Part shown: positions 1 to 10,259 of the stretch, one piece after another
How positions within the stretch are numbered: position 1 is the stretch's first letter
How the letters are laid out: every line of letters begins with the position of its first letter
IMG/VR virus record: IMGVR_UViG_3300027782_006468
Coordinates: 1 to 64,000 of that record
From: an uncultured virus (IMG/VR IMGVR_UViG_3300027782_006468)
Lineage: Duplodnaviria > Heunggongvirae > Uroviricota > Caudoviricetes
Direction: 5' to 3' (one strand)
Length of the DNA: 64,000 nucleotides
Position numbers and translations under genes: made by a program
The notes under the pieces: model-generated
Told to the model about the DNA's origin: nothing
Database searches by the model: none
Seen by the model: only the letters and a program-made list of their open reading frames with translations

Positions 1-373
1 TATCGTCTGGCGAGATCGCACTGCAAATTCCCCCATATCCAAACAAAGCGGAGTAAGTCAACAAGCCAGTTGAAATGTTTCTATCGTAAATCCTTGTCTG
101 ACCTGTTCCAATTACATAAACATTTTTTCCGTCTTGAGAAATCAAAAGTTTGGAATAGCTTGAAACTGGGTTTGCTGGATCTACTGGAGTCGTGCTGTTT
201 AAAGTTAAAGTTCCAGTCAAAGTGTCACGATTGTAGATTAAAATCACAGAAGAATTGGAACTGTTGACATAGACATTTTTGCCGTCAGAAGAGATGCATC
301 CAGATGTGGGCGCATCTCCAGCCGATATCACTCCATTTTCAATCAGATACCCAAGACTCCATCTGTCTGCCAT
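1..373 (-). CDS. beta-propeller (lactonase-like repeat) protein, 5' part; runs off the window start
   Basis: Manual translation from ATG 373: MADRWSLG...ISSDGKNVYV...YNRDTLTGTLT...ISQDGKNVYV...YDRNISTGLLT...ISPDD, open to base 1; absent from the ORF track. Confidence 0.7.
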   Translation of the reverse strand, partial: MADRWSLGYLIENGVISAGDAPTSGCISSDGKNVYVNSSNSSVILIYNRDTLTGTLTLNSTTPVDPANPVSSYSKLLISQDGKNVYVIGTGQTRIYDRNISTGLLTYSALFGYGGICSAISPDD

Positions 374-398
374 AACAATTGTTTCCTCTATATGAAAA

Positions 399-1124
399 TC
401 ATACCTTCTTTTCTATTTCTGAAAACTTTTCTAATATATCAGCAATAAGTGGATGGCGAACTATATTGCATGGCTTGAATTTTATAACTCCAATTTTGCC
501 AATTTCGCTCATTTTATTTACAACATCTGTTAACATAAAATTTCCATTTCTAATGTCTGATTGATCTGGATCTCCTGTGATAATCATTTTGCTATTCTTA
601 CCAAACCTTGTCATAAATAATTTAATTTGTGTTGTAGTTGCATTTTGAGCTTCATCGAAAATACATATAGCATCATTGAATGTTCTTCCCCTACAATATG
701 CTATTGGTGCTATCTCTATAGCTTTATTTATAATTTCTTTTTCTGGACTTTCCTTTCCAATGCATCTGTCCATACAATCATACATTGGCATCATGTATGG
801 ATTTAGCTTTTCTTCAAACGAGCCGGGAAGAAAACCAAGTGACTCACCAGATTCAACCACAGGTCTTGTAAGAACTATTTTTTCTCTCTTTTTCGCAAGA
901 ACTTCGCTAATAGCAAAGGCACAAGCTAATTGACTTTTCCCTGTTCCAGCTGGACCGATAAGAAATAAAACATCATATTGATCGAATGCAGCCCACGCAT
1001 CTCTTTGAGCAGTATTTAAAAATTCAAATTTAAATCCAGACTCTACCTTACTTGCGTGTTTTGGTATATGTGGTTCATATTGTTTAGGTTTTCTATCTGT
1101 CTTCTTTTTTTTATATCTTGGCAT
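399..1124 (-). CDS. phoH: PhoH-like ATPase
   Basis: GPAGTGKS Walker A, LTRP, LGFLPG, RGRTF, DEAQN, ITGD, IVRHPL motifs; start placed at MPRYKK. Confidence 0.95.
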   Translation of the reverse strand: MPRYKKKKTDRKPKQYEPHIPKHASKVESGFKFEFLNTAQRDAWAAFDQYDVLFLIGPAGTGKSQLACAFAISEVLAKKREKIVLTRPVVESGESLGFLPGSFEEKLNPYMMPMYDCMDRCIGKESPEKEIINKAIEIAPIAYCRGRTFNDAICIFDEAQNATTTQIKLFMTRFGKNSKMIITGDPDQSDIRNGNFMLTDVVNKMSEIGKIGVIKFKPCNIVRHPLIADILEKFSEIEKKV

Positions 1125-1201
1125 TGATGGTGTCCATAAAAGGTAACTTGATAATCTATATATATCGATAGACAACACAAATAATGAAGCATAGGAAATT
1201 C

Positions 1202-1642
1202 ATGATCAATTTAAATTTCAAAATGTTTTTTGAATCAGAAAAAAATGGTGATTTAAAAAAATTACTTAAAAAGATTCCTTCGAGCCACAAAGAACTGGTT
1301 AAAGATTTTAAGTTCAAATATACAAAAAATAACACCATAAATAGTAAGAATAAACATATAGGCGTGATTCACAAAGATAAAATTGAAGTTGCAGCACCAT
1401 GGAATTACGGAAGGGAATTCACTACTCTTCACGAAATAGCACATATGGTTTGGGCATATAAGATGACAAATAAACTAAAAAAAGAATGGTCTAATATTGT
1501 AAAAAAAACCAAAAATAAACCACAAGATACAGATGAAGAGCTTTTCTGTCATTCTTATGCACAATATTATGCGAAGAATAAGTTGTTGAAATTTGATATT
1601 CCAGAATGGAATAAATTTATCTCTAAAAAAATACCCGCTTAA
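1202..1642 (+). CDS. putative zincin metallopeptidase
   Basis: HEIAH motif and downstream EELFC/SYAQYY helix; N-terminal FKMFFESE motif. Confidence 0.55.
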   Translation: MINLNFKMFFESEKNGDLKKLLKKIPSSHKELVKDFKFKYTKNNTINSKNKHIGVIHKDKIEVAAPWNYGREFTTLHEIAHMVWAYKMTNKLKKEWSNIVKKTKNKPQDTDEELFCHSYAQYYAKNKLLKFDIPEWNKFISKKIPA

Positions 1643-2364
1643 AGAGGTCTTGACTGCGTTTGACTTATCAATCTTGGTAATACAGAAACTGCCTCTTCTT
1701 GTAATTTTTCATATTCATTAATTCCAAGAGAGAAAATCTTATAGTGATGCAAGACTGGTGTACGCATAATTTGAGGTTTATGACCACGAGATTGTGCTTT
1801 CATAGTCATTACAAAACTTGTTCCAATTTGTGGCAATTCTTCTGGCCAAGGTCCAATATCGCTCCAACAATCCCTTGTCATCATGATGCAATGATCCATA
1901 ATGAATCCTACATCTTGACTTCCAACTGTATAGGTTTGCGTATCAAGACCTATAAATCCAGATGATGTAGATTCAGCTACATTCAACAAAAGATCTAACC
2001 AACTTGGATTTGTAATAACAATATCACAATGCATAAAGATAAGATATTTAGAATTTTTATCAGATGCATTGGCACCCTTATTACAAGCTGCCGACCAATA
2101 AAGATTCTTTTCATTACGAACTACCTTAACAGTTCCTTCGATTTCATCAAGAAACTGTTGAGATTCTTTTTCGCTTCCATTATCAACAACAATAATTTCA
2201 TAATTAGAATTAAAACTAGTCACACAAATGCTTTGCAAAAGCAAATTGAGATATTCTGGTCTGTCTTTATGAACAACAATAATAGAAATTTGTTCATCGC
2301 TATAATTTTTCAATGAAACTGTCAGATCTGATCTTGATGTGTCTAAAATGCTTCCAGAACTCAT
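1639..2364 (-). CDS. family 2 glycosyltransferase
   Basis: ISIIVV..., YEIIVVDNGS, ACNKGA, YLIFMHCD GT-A signature. Confidence 0.85.
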   Translation of the reverse strand: MSSGSILDTSRSDLTVSLKNYSDEQISIIVVHKDRPEYLNLLLQSICVTSFNSNYEIIVVDNGSEKESQQFLDEIEGTVKVVRNEKNLYWSAACNKGANASDKNSKYLIFMHCDIVITNPSWLDLLLNVAESTSSGFIGLDTQTYTVGSQDVGFIMDHCIMMTRDCWSDIGPWPEELPQIGTSFVMTMKAQSRGHKPQIMRTPVLHHYKIFSLGINEYEKLQEEAVSVLPRLISQTQSRPL

Positions 2365-2366
2365 AA

Positions 2367-2579
2367 TTAATTCTCCACTTCAATTTCAAACACCGCACGG
2401 ATACAGACACACTGAACTGGTCCTGTTGGAGTTTGAATTGTTTCTGCGTATTGTTTTGCTAATTTATTTACAGCCTCTTCTGCCTTATTTCTGGCACTAA
2501 AGGCTCTTTCTGGCTTTACAACAATGTATTCGCCTTCTACTTGTCTTGCGACACTGATAATTGCATAAAATTTTTCCAT
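2367..2579 (-). CDS. hypothetical protein
   Basis: 70-aa ORF tightly packed in the minus-strand run. Confidence 0.7.
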   Translation of the reverse strand: MEKFYAIISVARQVEGEYIVVKPERAFSARNKAEEAVNKLAKQYAETIQTPTGPVQCVCIRAVFEIEVEN

Positions 2580-2599
2580 AAAATAATTGAGTATGTTAT

Positions 2600-3178
2600 T
2601 TAAAATTCATCATTTGAAATTTCTTTTAATCCATAAGGAATTTTAATTTCTTCTTTTTTTTGCACAATTTCTTCTTGTTTTTGATCTTTTAAAATTTCTT
2701 CTTGTTTCGGAAAAATTTCAATTTCTTCTTGTTTTGAAACAATTTCTTCTTGTTTTTGAGTTTTATTTATTTCTGGCATGTCCATTTCATCAAAATCATT
2801 TTTTATGCTTTTGATTGATGGCAAAGACATATTTTTTGGCTCTGGTTTTTTAAAATCGTCATTTAACGAATCTAATTTTTTGTAATTACTATCACCTAAT
2901 TCGCCAATAAATAAAGGACGACTTTTATGAGCAGCCTTCTGAGCAATTGCAAGATTATTTTGAAAGTTCTTCCCAAAATTAGAATAAGCACTGTGTGGAT
3001 ATTTGCTTACCATTTTTTTAAGTTCTTCTTTTACTGTTTCATCGTAACCTCTCTTATCAATCCAAGCAAATATTTTATCTAATGTTAAAATCCTAAAGTC
3101 ACGATTTGGCTGTGTATCTTGATCATTTTTTAATTGCGTTACCTTAAATTTCATTGATTCTGCTGAGTGATCTGGCAT
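2600..3178 (-). CDS. hypothetical protein with C-terminal KQEEI repeats
   Basis: 192-aa ORF with about five K(Q/K)EEI repeats. Confidence 0.7.
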   Translation of the reverse strand: MPDHSAESMKFKVTQLKNDQDTQPNRDFRILTLDKIFAWIDKRGYDETVKEELKKMVSKYPHSAYSNFGKNFQNNLAIAQKAAHKSRPLFIGELGDSNYKKLDSLNDDFKKPEPKNMSLPSIKSIKNDFDEMDMPEINKTQKQEEIVSKQEEIEIFPKQEEILKDQKQEEIVQKKEEIKIPYGLKEISNDEF

Positions 3179-3184
3179 AATTTC

Positions 3185-3505
3185 CTACTTTTTTGTTTTT
3201 TCATTTTGAACTGAAATATTTTCCATATCAGGAGTAAGACCAAAAAACGATTTGTCTCCCTGTCTTGCATGACTCATATTTTCAAAAATATGTGCTGGAA
3301 TTGCAAAATCTAAACTTTCTATCGAATTAGAACAATGTTTTACAAGTTCATTTTCTATAAATTCTTTTTTTTGCTGATCCATGCTTCCGACAAAGAATAC
3401 TTTTTTAGAAGTGTGTTCAAAAAAAACCAACACAGATTCCGAAGAATCTTCTTCTTTTAATGTTATTTGGAATGGAGTCAACATATTTATTTCTGATATT
3501 TGCAT
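3185..3505 (-). CDS. hypothetical protein
   Basis: Start moved to MQISE to avoid overlap with the divergent gene. Confidence 0.6.
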   Translation of the reverse strand: MQISEINMLTPFQITLKEEDSSESVLVFFEHTSKKVFFVGSMDQQKKEFIENELVKHCSNSIESLDFAIPAHIFENMSHARQGDKSFFGLTPDMENISVQNEKTKK

Positions 3506-3525
3506 TGTAACTCGTAAATATAAAC

Positions 3526-3870
3526 ATGAAAAGTAATTTTTCCATGTACTGTAGATTACAAGAGTTATGTGAATCTCACTCTTTGTATATTCCAGAAAAT
3601 TTTGATTGGGTAAAACCATATTTGAGCTTACTGCCCAATTATGATTTGCAATTGCCCATTATAACCAGAAAGTCAAAGATTCACATGATTCAAAGAAATA
3701 AGAATCCAATAACAATACATTTCGAGAACGGAGGAAAAATGTATTGTAGTCACGATGAATTTCTTCGTTTGCCAAAAAATCTGGAGCTTGGGAAAACAAT
3801 TGAATACACTCTTTTTGATCGTGGTTTCGATAAGCCCATGATCATAAAATCTTTTAAAATTATTTCTTAA
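3526..3870 (+). CDS. hypothetical protein
   Basis: 114-aa ORF; GTAAATA lies 5 nt upstream of the ATG. Confidence 0.65.
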   Translation: MKSNFSMYCRLQELCESHSLYIPENFDWVKPYLSLLPNYDLQLPIITRKSKIHMIQRNKNPITIHFENGGKMYCSHDEFLRLPKNLELGKTIEYTLFDRGFDKPMIIKSFKIIS

Positions 3871-4063
3871 TCTTATTGATATCAATCTTATCTGGATCAA
3901 ATCCGGGAGAAAAAGGCGAAGGAGAGTATTCCCTTTGTAACTTTTGAATAACTCTATCCGCTACTTTATCTACAATGATTTTATTGCAAACCAATAAAAT
4001 AAAAATAAATGAAGCAATAATAACCACCGGAATAAACAATTTGTTTTCTGTAATGTCTTTCAT
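3860..4063 (-). CDS. small membrane protein
   Basis: N-terminal hydrophobic helix; AGGAG RBS. Confidence 0.7.
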   Translation of the reverse strand: MKDITENKLFIPVVIIASFIFILLVCNKIIVDKVADRVIQKLQREYSPSPFSPGFDPDKIDINKIKK

Positions 4064-4079
4064 AAGTCTCCTATATTAT

Positions 4080-5126
4080 CTATAAATATTTTTTTGTTTT
4101 TTCAATCCAATCTTGTCTTCTTTTGGAAACATGCTTTTCTTCAAATTCTGTAAGCTTTGCAACAATATCTTCATATTCTTGAGGCATATTTCTAGGAACA
4201 TCAAGCTTTGGTATTATAAACATATCGCCCAATACAGATTTGCCACCCGGCAACCCCTTTCCAGCAATTCTAATTTGAGAATTTGGATAAGTTCCAGATG
4301 GTATCTTTGCTACTATTTTTTCTTTATAAACAGTTGGAACCTCTACTTCAAATCCCTTATAAAGTTGAGGATATGTACATGGCATTTCAATAATTATATG
4401 ATTGTCATGTCTCTGAAAAATTTCATGCTTCAATACATTTACCAAAATGATAAGATCACCAGCAGAACCTCTCTTTTCTCGACAAGGCTCACCTTGTCCA
4501 GAAAATTTCATCATGCCATCAACAGCACCCGCTGCTATATTAATTTGTATTTCTGCAGATTCTTGTTCTTTTGAAAAACTAGATCCAGAACACACATCAC
4601 AAGATTCTGCACTTATTTTTCCAGAACCGGCACAAGTCGAACATTGAGTTTGCAAATTAAAATTTGGCTCTATTTTGACAAATTGCAGACCACTTCCATT
4701 ACATTTATTACATGTCTGAATAGATTTAGAACCACTACCAGAACATGTATTGCAAATCTTACTTTTTGTCACACTAATTGTTTTGGAACAACCAGATGCA
4801 ATTTCTTCTAAAGTTACATCAACTTTAGATTGTATATTTCTACCTTTAAATGTTGATCTTCCAAAAATATCATTCATGGTTTGTGAAAAACCATGCGACC
4901 ATTCATTATTTGATCCAGAAAAACCAAATTGATCAAAATGACCCTTTTTACGAGGATCATTTAAAATGTCATAGGCTTCTTGAACATCACGAAATTTTTT
5001 TTCGGCATCAAGAACGCCTATATTTCTATCTGGATGATATTGTTTTGCCAACTTTCTGTAGGCATTTTGAATATCATCAGAATTAGAATTTCTGGAGAGA
5101 CCCAGTATTTGATAAGGGTCATTCAT
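4080..5126 (-). CDS. dnaJ: chaperone DnaJ
   Basis: J-domain HPD motif, four CxxCxGxG-type zinc-finger repeats, C-terminal domain. Confidence 0.95.
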   Translation of the reverse strand: MNDPYQILGLSRNSNSDDIQNAYRKLAKQYHPDRNIGVLDAEKKFRDVQEAYDILNDPRKKGHFDQFGFSGSNNEWSHGFSQTMNDIFGRSTFKGRNIQSKVDVTLEEIASGCSKTISVTKSKICNTCSGSGSKSIQTCNKCNGSGLQFVKIEPNFNLQTQCSTCAGSGKISAESCDVCSGSSFSKEQESAEIQINIAAGAVDGMMKFSGQGEPCREKRGSAGDLIILVNVLKHEIFQRHDNHIIIEMPCTYPQLYKGFEVEVPTVYKEKIVAKIPSGTYPNSQIRIAGKGLPGGKSVLGDMFIIPKLDVPRNMPQEYEDIVAKLTEFEEKHVSKRRQDWIEKTKKYL

Positions 5127-5137
5127 ATAATAATTTC

Positions 5138-5476
5138 CTACTCAGACAAAACCGCCCTAATTGCCATAGGTTCCATCAAAAAAGTATCTCTATGTGTTCC
5201 GTTTACATTTGGAGATAAAACACCAGCACCACTAATAAGAACTCTATCACCAACCTTAAAGCCCCAAGATTCATCATAGGTTGGTCCTACAGCCTTTACA
5301 TAGCCTTGGAGTGGAACCTTAGGATCAGTTCCATCAGATAGCTTAAGAACAGTATTCATGAGTTCTTGTGCAGTTAAAACTTCAACAAGGATTTGAGATC
5401 CGCAAGGTTTAACTCCCTTGATAGAAGACGAACAAGATAAAGCCATTCCATCTGCTCCAACAATTTTCTTAGTCAT
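5138..5476 (-). CDS. groES: co-chaperonin GroES-like protein
   Basis: KPCGSQILVE...QGYVKAVGP...KVGDRVL pattern; adjacent to dnaJ. Confidence 0.8.
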   Translation of the reverse strand: MTKKIVGADGMALSCSSSIKGVKPCGSQILVEVLTAQELMNTVLKLSDGTDPKVPLQGYVKAVGPTYDESWGFKVGDRVLISGAGVLSPNVNGTHRDTFLMEPMAIRAVLSE

Positions 5477-5528
5477 ATAAATGCCCTTTGTAAAAATTCC
5501 TGATTATTATTTGTTATAGTAACTTTTA

Positions 5529-5765
5529 TTATATTTCTTCGCTACTAAAATAATGAAAATTTGGCAATATTGGTGCTGTAGTCAAAGTTATTTTTCCAAC
5601 TGAATCAACAATATCTCCTGATGGGAGTTTTTTATAAAAGTCTTCCACTAAATTATCACAAAAATTATCAATTAGGTCTAAATGACCAAAACATCCTTCT
5701 TGATATACTGATTTCACAAAAGATAAAAGTTCTTCTTTGTTTATAAGTTTGCAATCCTTATTCAT
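5529..5765 (-). CDS. hypothetical protein
   Basis: 78-aa ORF with GAGG RBS. Confidence 0.6.
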   Translation of the reverse strand: MNKDCKLINKEELLSFVKSVYQEGCFGHLDLIDNFCDNLVEDFYKKLPSGDIVDSVGKITLTTAPILPNFHYFSSEEI

Positions 5766-5772
5766 ATAATCC

Positions 5773-6981
5773 TCACAGCCAATAAGTAATAAAATAACAC
5801 TTGTGATCTTTTTCAGCCACTATGATTGGATAAAAAATATTATTTTGAATCATATAACGATCAAAATCAAGCTTGCAATCGTTATAATCTTTATGTCTTC
5901 TTTCACAACCATTCAAATCAACAAAACCATAATGAGACTCATATTCTGGAATCTTAACTGATGGAACAATTATTCCAAAAAAATCAAAAATAGGTTTATT
6001 TCCAACTTCTGGAAAATTATCTAATGTATTAAAAACGCCATTTACATTATCGGTTACAATAGATTTGAAATAAGATAAAGGATAAATAATTGGCTGATAT
6101 TCAAAGGCATCTAAATTTGAATCGCCAATAAATTTAACTCCCTGCAAATAATCATTTTTTATACTTATTTTTAAATTATCAGAAGAAAATTGATAATCTA
6201 TGTTTTCAACCTTCATTTCAAAGCCAATATTTCTTGCCAATATAATAGCAGATGAAGACATTGTTATTCTGTTGAATCCAAAGTATGTATTATATACATG
6301 ATCTTGAATATTTATAAGGTTTTTTCTAATCTCTTGAGCCAACATCAAACAACCCATTTGTTCGTATCTATCAGCCTTAATTTCCATGTCTTTTAATTCA
6401 GAAAACAAAGATTCATCGAAACGCAAGTGCTTATAAAAATCTTGCGAGTGACTTGTATAATAACTAATTCCTTTTTTATAAACTCCATGCAAATCAATAA
6501 ATTGCATCTTCTTTTGACATCTTATTTTTTCAATTTTATCTCTATCGTTGACAAAGCGAACATTACATCTATTTTTTTCTGGTTCATCTATTTTCATGAT
6601 AGAGTTATATTTTTTTTCAATATAATTTATTGAATGTTCCATCAAAATATTTTGAACATGTGCAAATTCTTTTTTTTTCAATAATTTATAAGATATAATT
6701 ATTTCATTTATAAAATGCGAAAGATCACTTTTATCTTTAAATGATCCATCATAGCAATTTGAAAGGTCTGGATGTTTTCTATCGATTGAAGAAAAAAAAG
6801 CATACATCTTCTTACCAATACTTCCAAACAATGATTCAATCAATTGCTCGTCACAAGACAAAATTTTATCTATAATCTTACAATCAGACTTTTTTAATTT
6901 TAAATTATTCTTTGTTCGATTGAGTCTTTTACAAAACTCTTCAAAAAAAGCTTTTGTATTATCTGACAAAATATTATTCAT
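5773..6981 (-). CDS. hypothetical protein
   Basis: 402-aa ORF with GAGG RBS; no motif recognised. Confidence 0.75.
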   Translation of the reverse strand: MNNILSDNTKAFFEEFCKRLNRTKNNLKLKKSDCKIIDKILSCDEQLIESLFGSIGKKMYAFFSSIDRKHPDLSNCYDGSFKDKSDLSHFINEIIISYKLLKKKEFAHVQNILMEHSINYIEKKYNSIMKIDEPEKNRCNVRFVNDRDKIEKIRCQKKMQFIDLHGVYKKGISYYTSHSQDFYKHLRFDESLFSELKDMEIKADRYEQMGCLMLAQEIRKNLINIQDHVYNTYFGFNRITMSSSAIILARNIGFEMKVENIDYQFSSDNLKISIKNDYLQGVKFIGDSNLDAFEYQPIIYPLSYFKSIVTDNVNGVFNTLDNFPEVGNKPIFDFFGIIVPSVKIPEYESHYGFVDLNGCERRHKDYNDCKLDFDRYMIQNNIFYPIIVAEKDHKCYFITYWL

Positions 6982-6988
6982 TTGTGCC

Positions 6989-7546
6989 TCATGATTTGGA
7001 AAATATACTACAAATCATTTTTGAGCCATCAAATTTTGGTGCAATTTCCACTTGACTTTCTTTAGCTAAACCATCGATCAACTTTTGCATCAAAATAATT
7101 CCACCTTCACGATGATTCATTTCCCTGCCTTTGAATTTTATTACAAACTGCACCTTATAACCATCTTCAAGAAACTTTCTTGCCTGACTAAGCTTTGTTT
7201 CAATATCTCCACACGCAATTGCTGGACGCAATCTAATTTCTTTATACTGAACAGTTGCTTCTCTTTGCTTTTTTGCCGCCTCTTTTTCCTTCAGCTTCTT
7301 TTCATATTTAAATTTTCCATAATCCATTATTTTACATATAGGTGGAGATGTATTTGCAACTACTTCGACTAAATCTAAACCAGCTTCATCGGCAATTTTT
7401 CTGGCATAGTCTGTATTTACGATTCCAAGCTGTTCATCTCCATTTGAAAGTCTAACTTGTGGTACTTTTATTTGAAAATTTATTCTTAACTCACCGGGCT
7501 TTAAAAAATTGTTATTGTCTGGTCTTCGATAATTCGAATGATACAT
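6989..7546 (-). CDS. infC: translation initiation factor IF-3
   Basis: RINFQI..VRL...GLDLVEV...PPICKIMDYGKFKYE, KEIRLRP, FKGRE. Confidence 0.95.
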   Translation of the reverse strand: MYHSNYRRPDNNNFLKPGELRINFQIKVPQVRLSNGDEQLGIVNTDYARKIADEAGLDLVEVVANTSPPICKIMDYGKFKYEKKLKEKEAAKKQREATVQYKEIRLRPAIACGDIETKLSQARKFLEDGYKVQFVIKFKGREMNHREGGIILMQKLIDGLAKESQVEIAPKFDGSKMICSIFSKS

Positions 7547-9057
7547 TAATTTTTTCCTTCATTGAAATTCAAATTTATAATACTAAGCTCTTTAGATTTT
7601 AGGCACTGATTGATTATACTTTCTAAATCAGTCTCGGAATTGGCTGCATAGCCATTTCCAGATCCATAAAAATCTCTAAACATTTTGAAATTAAATCCAG
7701 TGTTTCCCAAAACGATAATGATTGGGTTTAACTTAAATTTCAATATGGTCGGTAACTCTAACATAGATATTTTAAATGAATTCTCATCAATAATAACTAT
7801 TGGTCTCAATTCTTGCTTTGCTAATTGAACTCCCAAACATCCGGGAATGGCAAATCCACTAGAATATTTGAATGCTGGACTGAAAAATCTACTTTGTCTA
7901 ACTTTAATCTTTGATGCATATATGAGATAATCGCCAGCATCAGATATTACAGTAAGATTCTTATCATTTGCCATAAGTTGATCTATAAATGAAAATAATT
8001 TTGAATATTTTTTACAATCATTTTCATTTAAAGTTTTATAATCAACAACTTTTTTGGCGAATGATTTTGCAAATAAAGAATTACAAAAATCTATAAATGT
8101 AACATTGTTATAAACATGATTTTTTATATACAATCCATCGGTAGAACAAAAAACAACTTGCCTTTTAGCAAATCTTGGAGATTCAAATCCTAAAGTCATA
8201 TCAGCAATACATTCTCCAAAAACCAACAAACAATCACTACTATCAATCATTTCAATTACTTTTGCATCAGAAGATTTCCCGCAATAAACTCCACAAAATA
8301 AAGGATGATTTTCATCAATCGATGATTTTCCCAATAGCGTTGTCATAAATGGAATATTATACTTTTCAGCAAAACGAACCAATCTATCACTTAATCCATA
8401 ACGAACAACTTGAACTCCAACTAAAATAACTGGTTTATTTGATGATTCAAGCCAAATAGAAGTCTCTTCTATGGCATCACTTAAAGTTTCCGCATCACTT
8501 AATTTTGTGCTTGGTGTGCCTTGACGATAAACATCGTATTTTATTGGTGTGTTTGCAATATCGACTGGTAATTCCAAATAAATTGGTTGTTTTTTATTTT
8601 GTAGATCTTCAATAGCAGAATCTATCGCAAATCCAGCTTTTGTTGCATCATCTAATATTATTGAATTACATGTTATATTTTTAAATATTTTTTGCTGGTT
8701 ATCAAAGCTTTTTACCAAATGATGAAGAATAAAATCTTTATTTCTATTTTTTATAGATGGAGAAATAGAAACAACTAAAATAGGAGATTTTTCTGCGTAG
8801 GCTCCAGCAATAGAATTACATAATTTTAATGCACCAGCATTGTAATTTGCACAAACACAACCGACTCCATTTATTCTTGCATATGTATCTGCAGAAAATC
8901 CAGAGCCTGTTTCATCAACATTATTTATGAATTGAATTTTATTGCTTAATTTTATATTTTCAATAAATGGATTGCCGTCTTGTCTAGAAACTCCAAATAT
9001 GTGTTTTACACCTAGATTTTCTAGTCTTTCAATAAGAAATTCAGAGACAGAAGGCAT
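7546..9057 (-). CDS. ThDP-dependent alpha-keto-acid (pyruvate/indolepyruvate) decarboxylase-like protein with degenerate C-terminal domain
   Basis: RLENLGVKHIFGV, DE..GFSADTYAR, IAGAYAEKSP, PIYLELPVD, TLLGKS; GDG motif replaced by IDE. Confidence 0.8.
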   Translation of the reverse strand: MPSVSEFLIERLENLGVKHIFGVSRQDGNPFIENIKLSNKIQFINNVDETGSGFSADTYARINGVGCVCANYNAGALKLCNSIAGAYAEKSPILVVSISPSIKNRNKDFILHHLVKSFDNQQKIFKNITCNSIILDDATKAGFAIDSAIEDLQNKKQPIYLELPVDIANTPIKYDVYRQGTPSTKLSDAETLSDAIEETSIWLESSNKPVILVGVQVVRYGLSDRLVRFAEKYNIPFMTTLLGKSSIDENHPLFCGVYCGKSSDAKVIEMIDSSDCLLVFGECIADMTLGFESPRFAKRQVVFCSTDGLYIKNHVYNNVTFIDFCNSLFAKSFAKKVVDYKTLNENDCKKYSKLFSFIDQLMANDKNLTVISDAGDYLIYASKIKVRQSRFFSPAFKYSSGFAIPGCLGVQLAKQELRPIVIIDENSFKISMLELPTILKFKLNPIIIVLGNTGFNFKMFRDFYGSGNGYAANSETDLESIINQCLKSKELSIINLNFNEGKN

Positions 9058-9076
9058 AGGCTATTCTCCTACACTA

Positions 9077-9832
9077 CTATGACAACTCATTACTTGGACT
9101 ATCATATATCTTAATTTTATATCCCTCTGTATCGACAGGGAACCTTCTGATCCACTCAACATTTTGAGGAAGGCTGCAATTATAGTCAACCAAACTAGGA
9201 TCAGTAAAACTTGGTGTCGCCATTGCAGCTACAGCTACAGGAGTTACCATTTTCATAAGTTTAAATTCTAAAAAATAACAACCCGGCAAACATGTGTCTG
9301 CTGGTTGCCAATTATAAACCAAGAAACTTTCTGTAAATACATCTTTTTTAGTTGTTCCGTCAATATTGATAATGTCTTCCATTGCCATTTCTGTGACTGC
9401 CGAAACATTTGTGAATTTTATAATCTTTAAAGATTGTCCTTTTTTCCAAGATTGTACCAAAGTTCCATGATAGCCTCTTTCGACTTGAACATAATAATTT
9501 GATTCATCGAAAGCAGTTACCAACAAATGTTCGGATTGTCTTGGTCTATCGATTACTATTACATCTCCAATCATGATTTGATTAAAGCCAATATTATCAG
9601 CCAAAGAAATGTAAGTATCTGAATCTGAAATAGATGACTTAATCTTTCCATTTGCCCACATACTGGCTTCTAACACCAAATCTGTGAGGTCCAAAGGTCC
9701 ATCACAATCTTCGACTTTAATTCGCAAGTCAGGCTTTGTGTCATTCCTGCGAATTTTAAAGTCTGGACAATCATTAGTGCCACAATTATATTGATCAATG
9801 CATCCAGTATTTGTATTTGATGTACATCCCAT
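9077..9832 (-). CDS. putative virion structural protein (BppU-like N-terminal domain)
   Basis: FKIRRNDTKP..., PLDLT, VYNWQPADT..PG.YFLEF, VERGYHGT; ATAAATA late-promoter motif upstream. Confidence 0.55.
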   Translation of the reverse strand: MGCTSNTNTGCIDQYNCGTNDCPDFKIRRNDTKPDLRIKVEDCDGPLDLTDLVLEASMWANGKIKSSISDSDTYISLADNIGFNQIMIGDVIVIDRPRQSEHLLVTAFDESNYYVQVERGYHGTLVQSWKKGQSLKIIKFTNVSAVTEMAMEDIINIDGTTKKDVFTESFLVYNWQPADTCLPGCYFLEFKLMKMVTPVAVAAMATPSFTDPSLVDYNCSLPQNVEWIRRFPVDTEGYKIKIYDSPSNELS

Positions 9833-9836
9833 AAAT

Positions 9837-10259
9837 CTATTTATGCGTGTTTGACAATATATCTTTTGAGCGCATGAAAAAAATATAATCTCTCATCCAA
9901 TTAAGATTGCCAACATAGGCAAAAATCTCAATTTCTAATGTCGAACACAAAGAAATAACTTCATCGTTAATTTTGAGCGTTTGGAAAAAAATTATTTTTT
10001 TTACATAGGAATTAGCCAGCATTTGAATTGATTTGTAATCTGGCGTATATGTAAAAAATACCTCTTTGCATTCTGGAATTCCAGTTGTTGAAGCCATGAA
10101 TAGCTCCGGATCTAATGAATCTTTTTCAGATTCTCCAGTACAAATATTGAAGTTGTCAAAATAATCAACAAATAAAATACACTTTCCATGAATTGTTCTA
10201 GATGCACTTAAAAGTGCTATTCCCATATAATAATCATTATCACGAACTTTTATGCTCAT
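9837..10259 (-). CDS. degenerate dCMP-deaminase-like protein
   Basis: YYMGIALLSASR N-terminus and VKKIIF, but HAE and PCxxC zinc ligands are missing. Confidence 0.45.
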   Translation of the reverse strand: MSIKVRDNDYYMGIALLSASRTIHGKCILFVDYFDNFNICTGESEKDSLDPELFMASTTGIPECKEVFFTYTPDYKSIQMLANSYVKKIIFFQTLKINDEVISLCSTLEIEIFAYVGNLNWMRDYIFFMRSKDILSNTHK

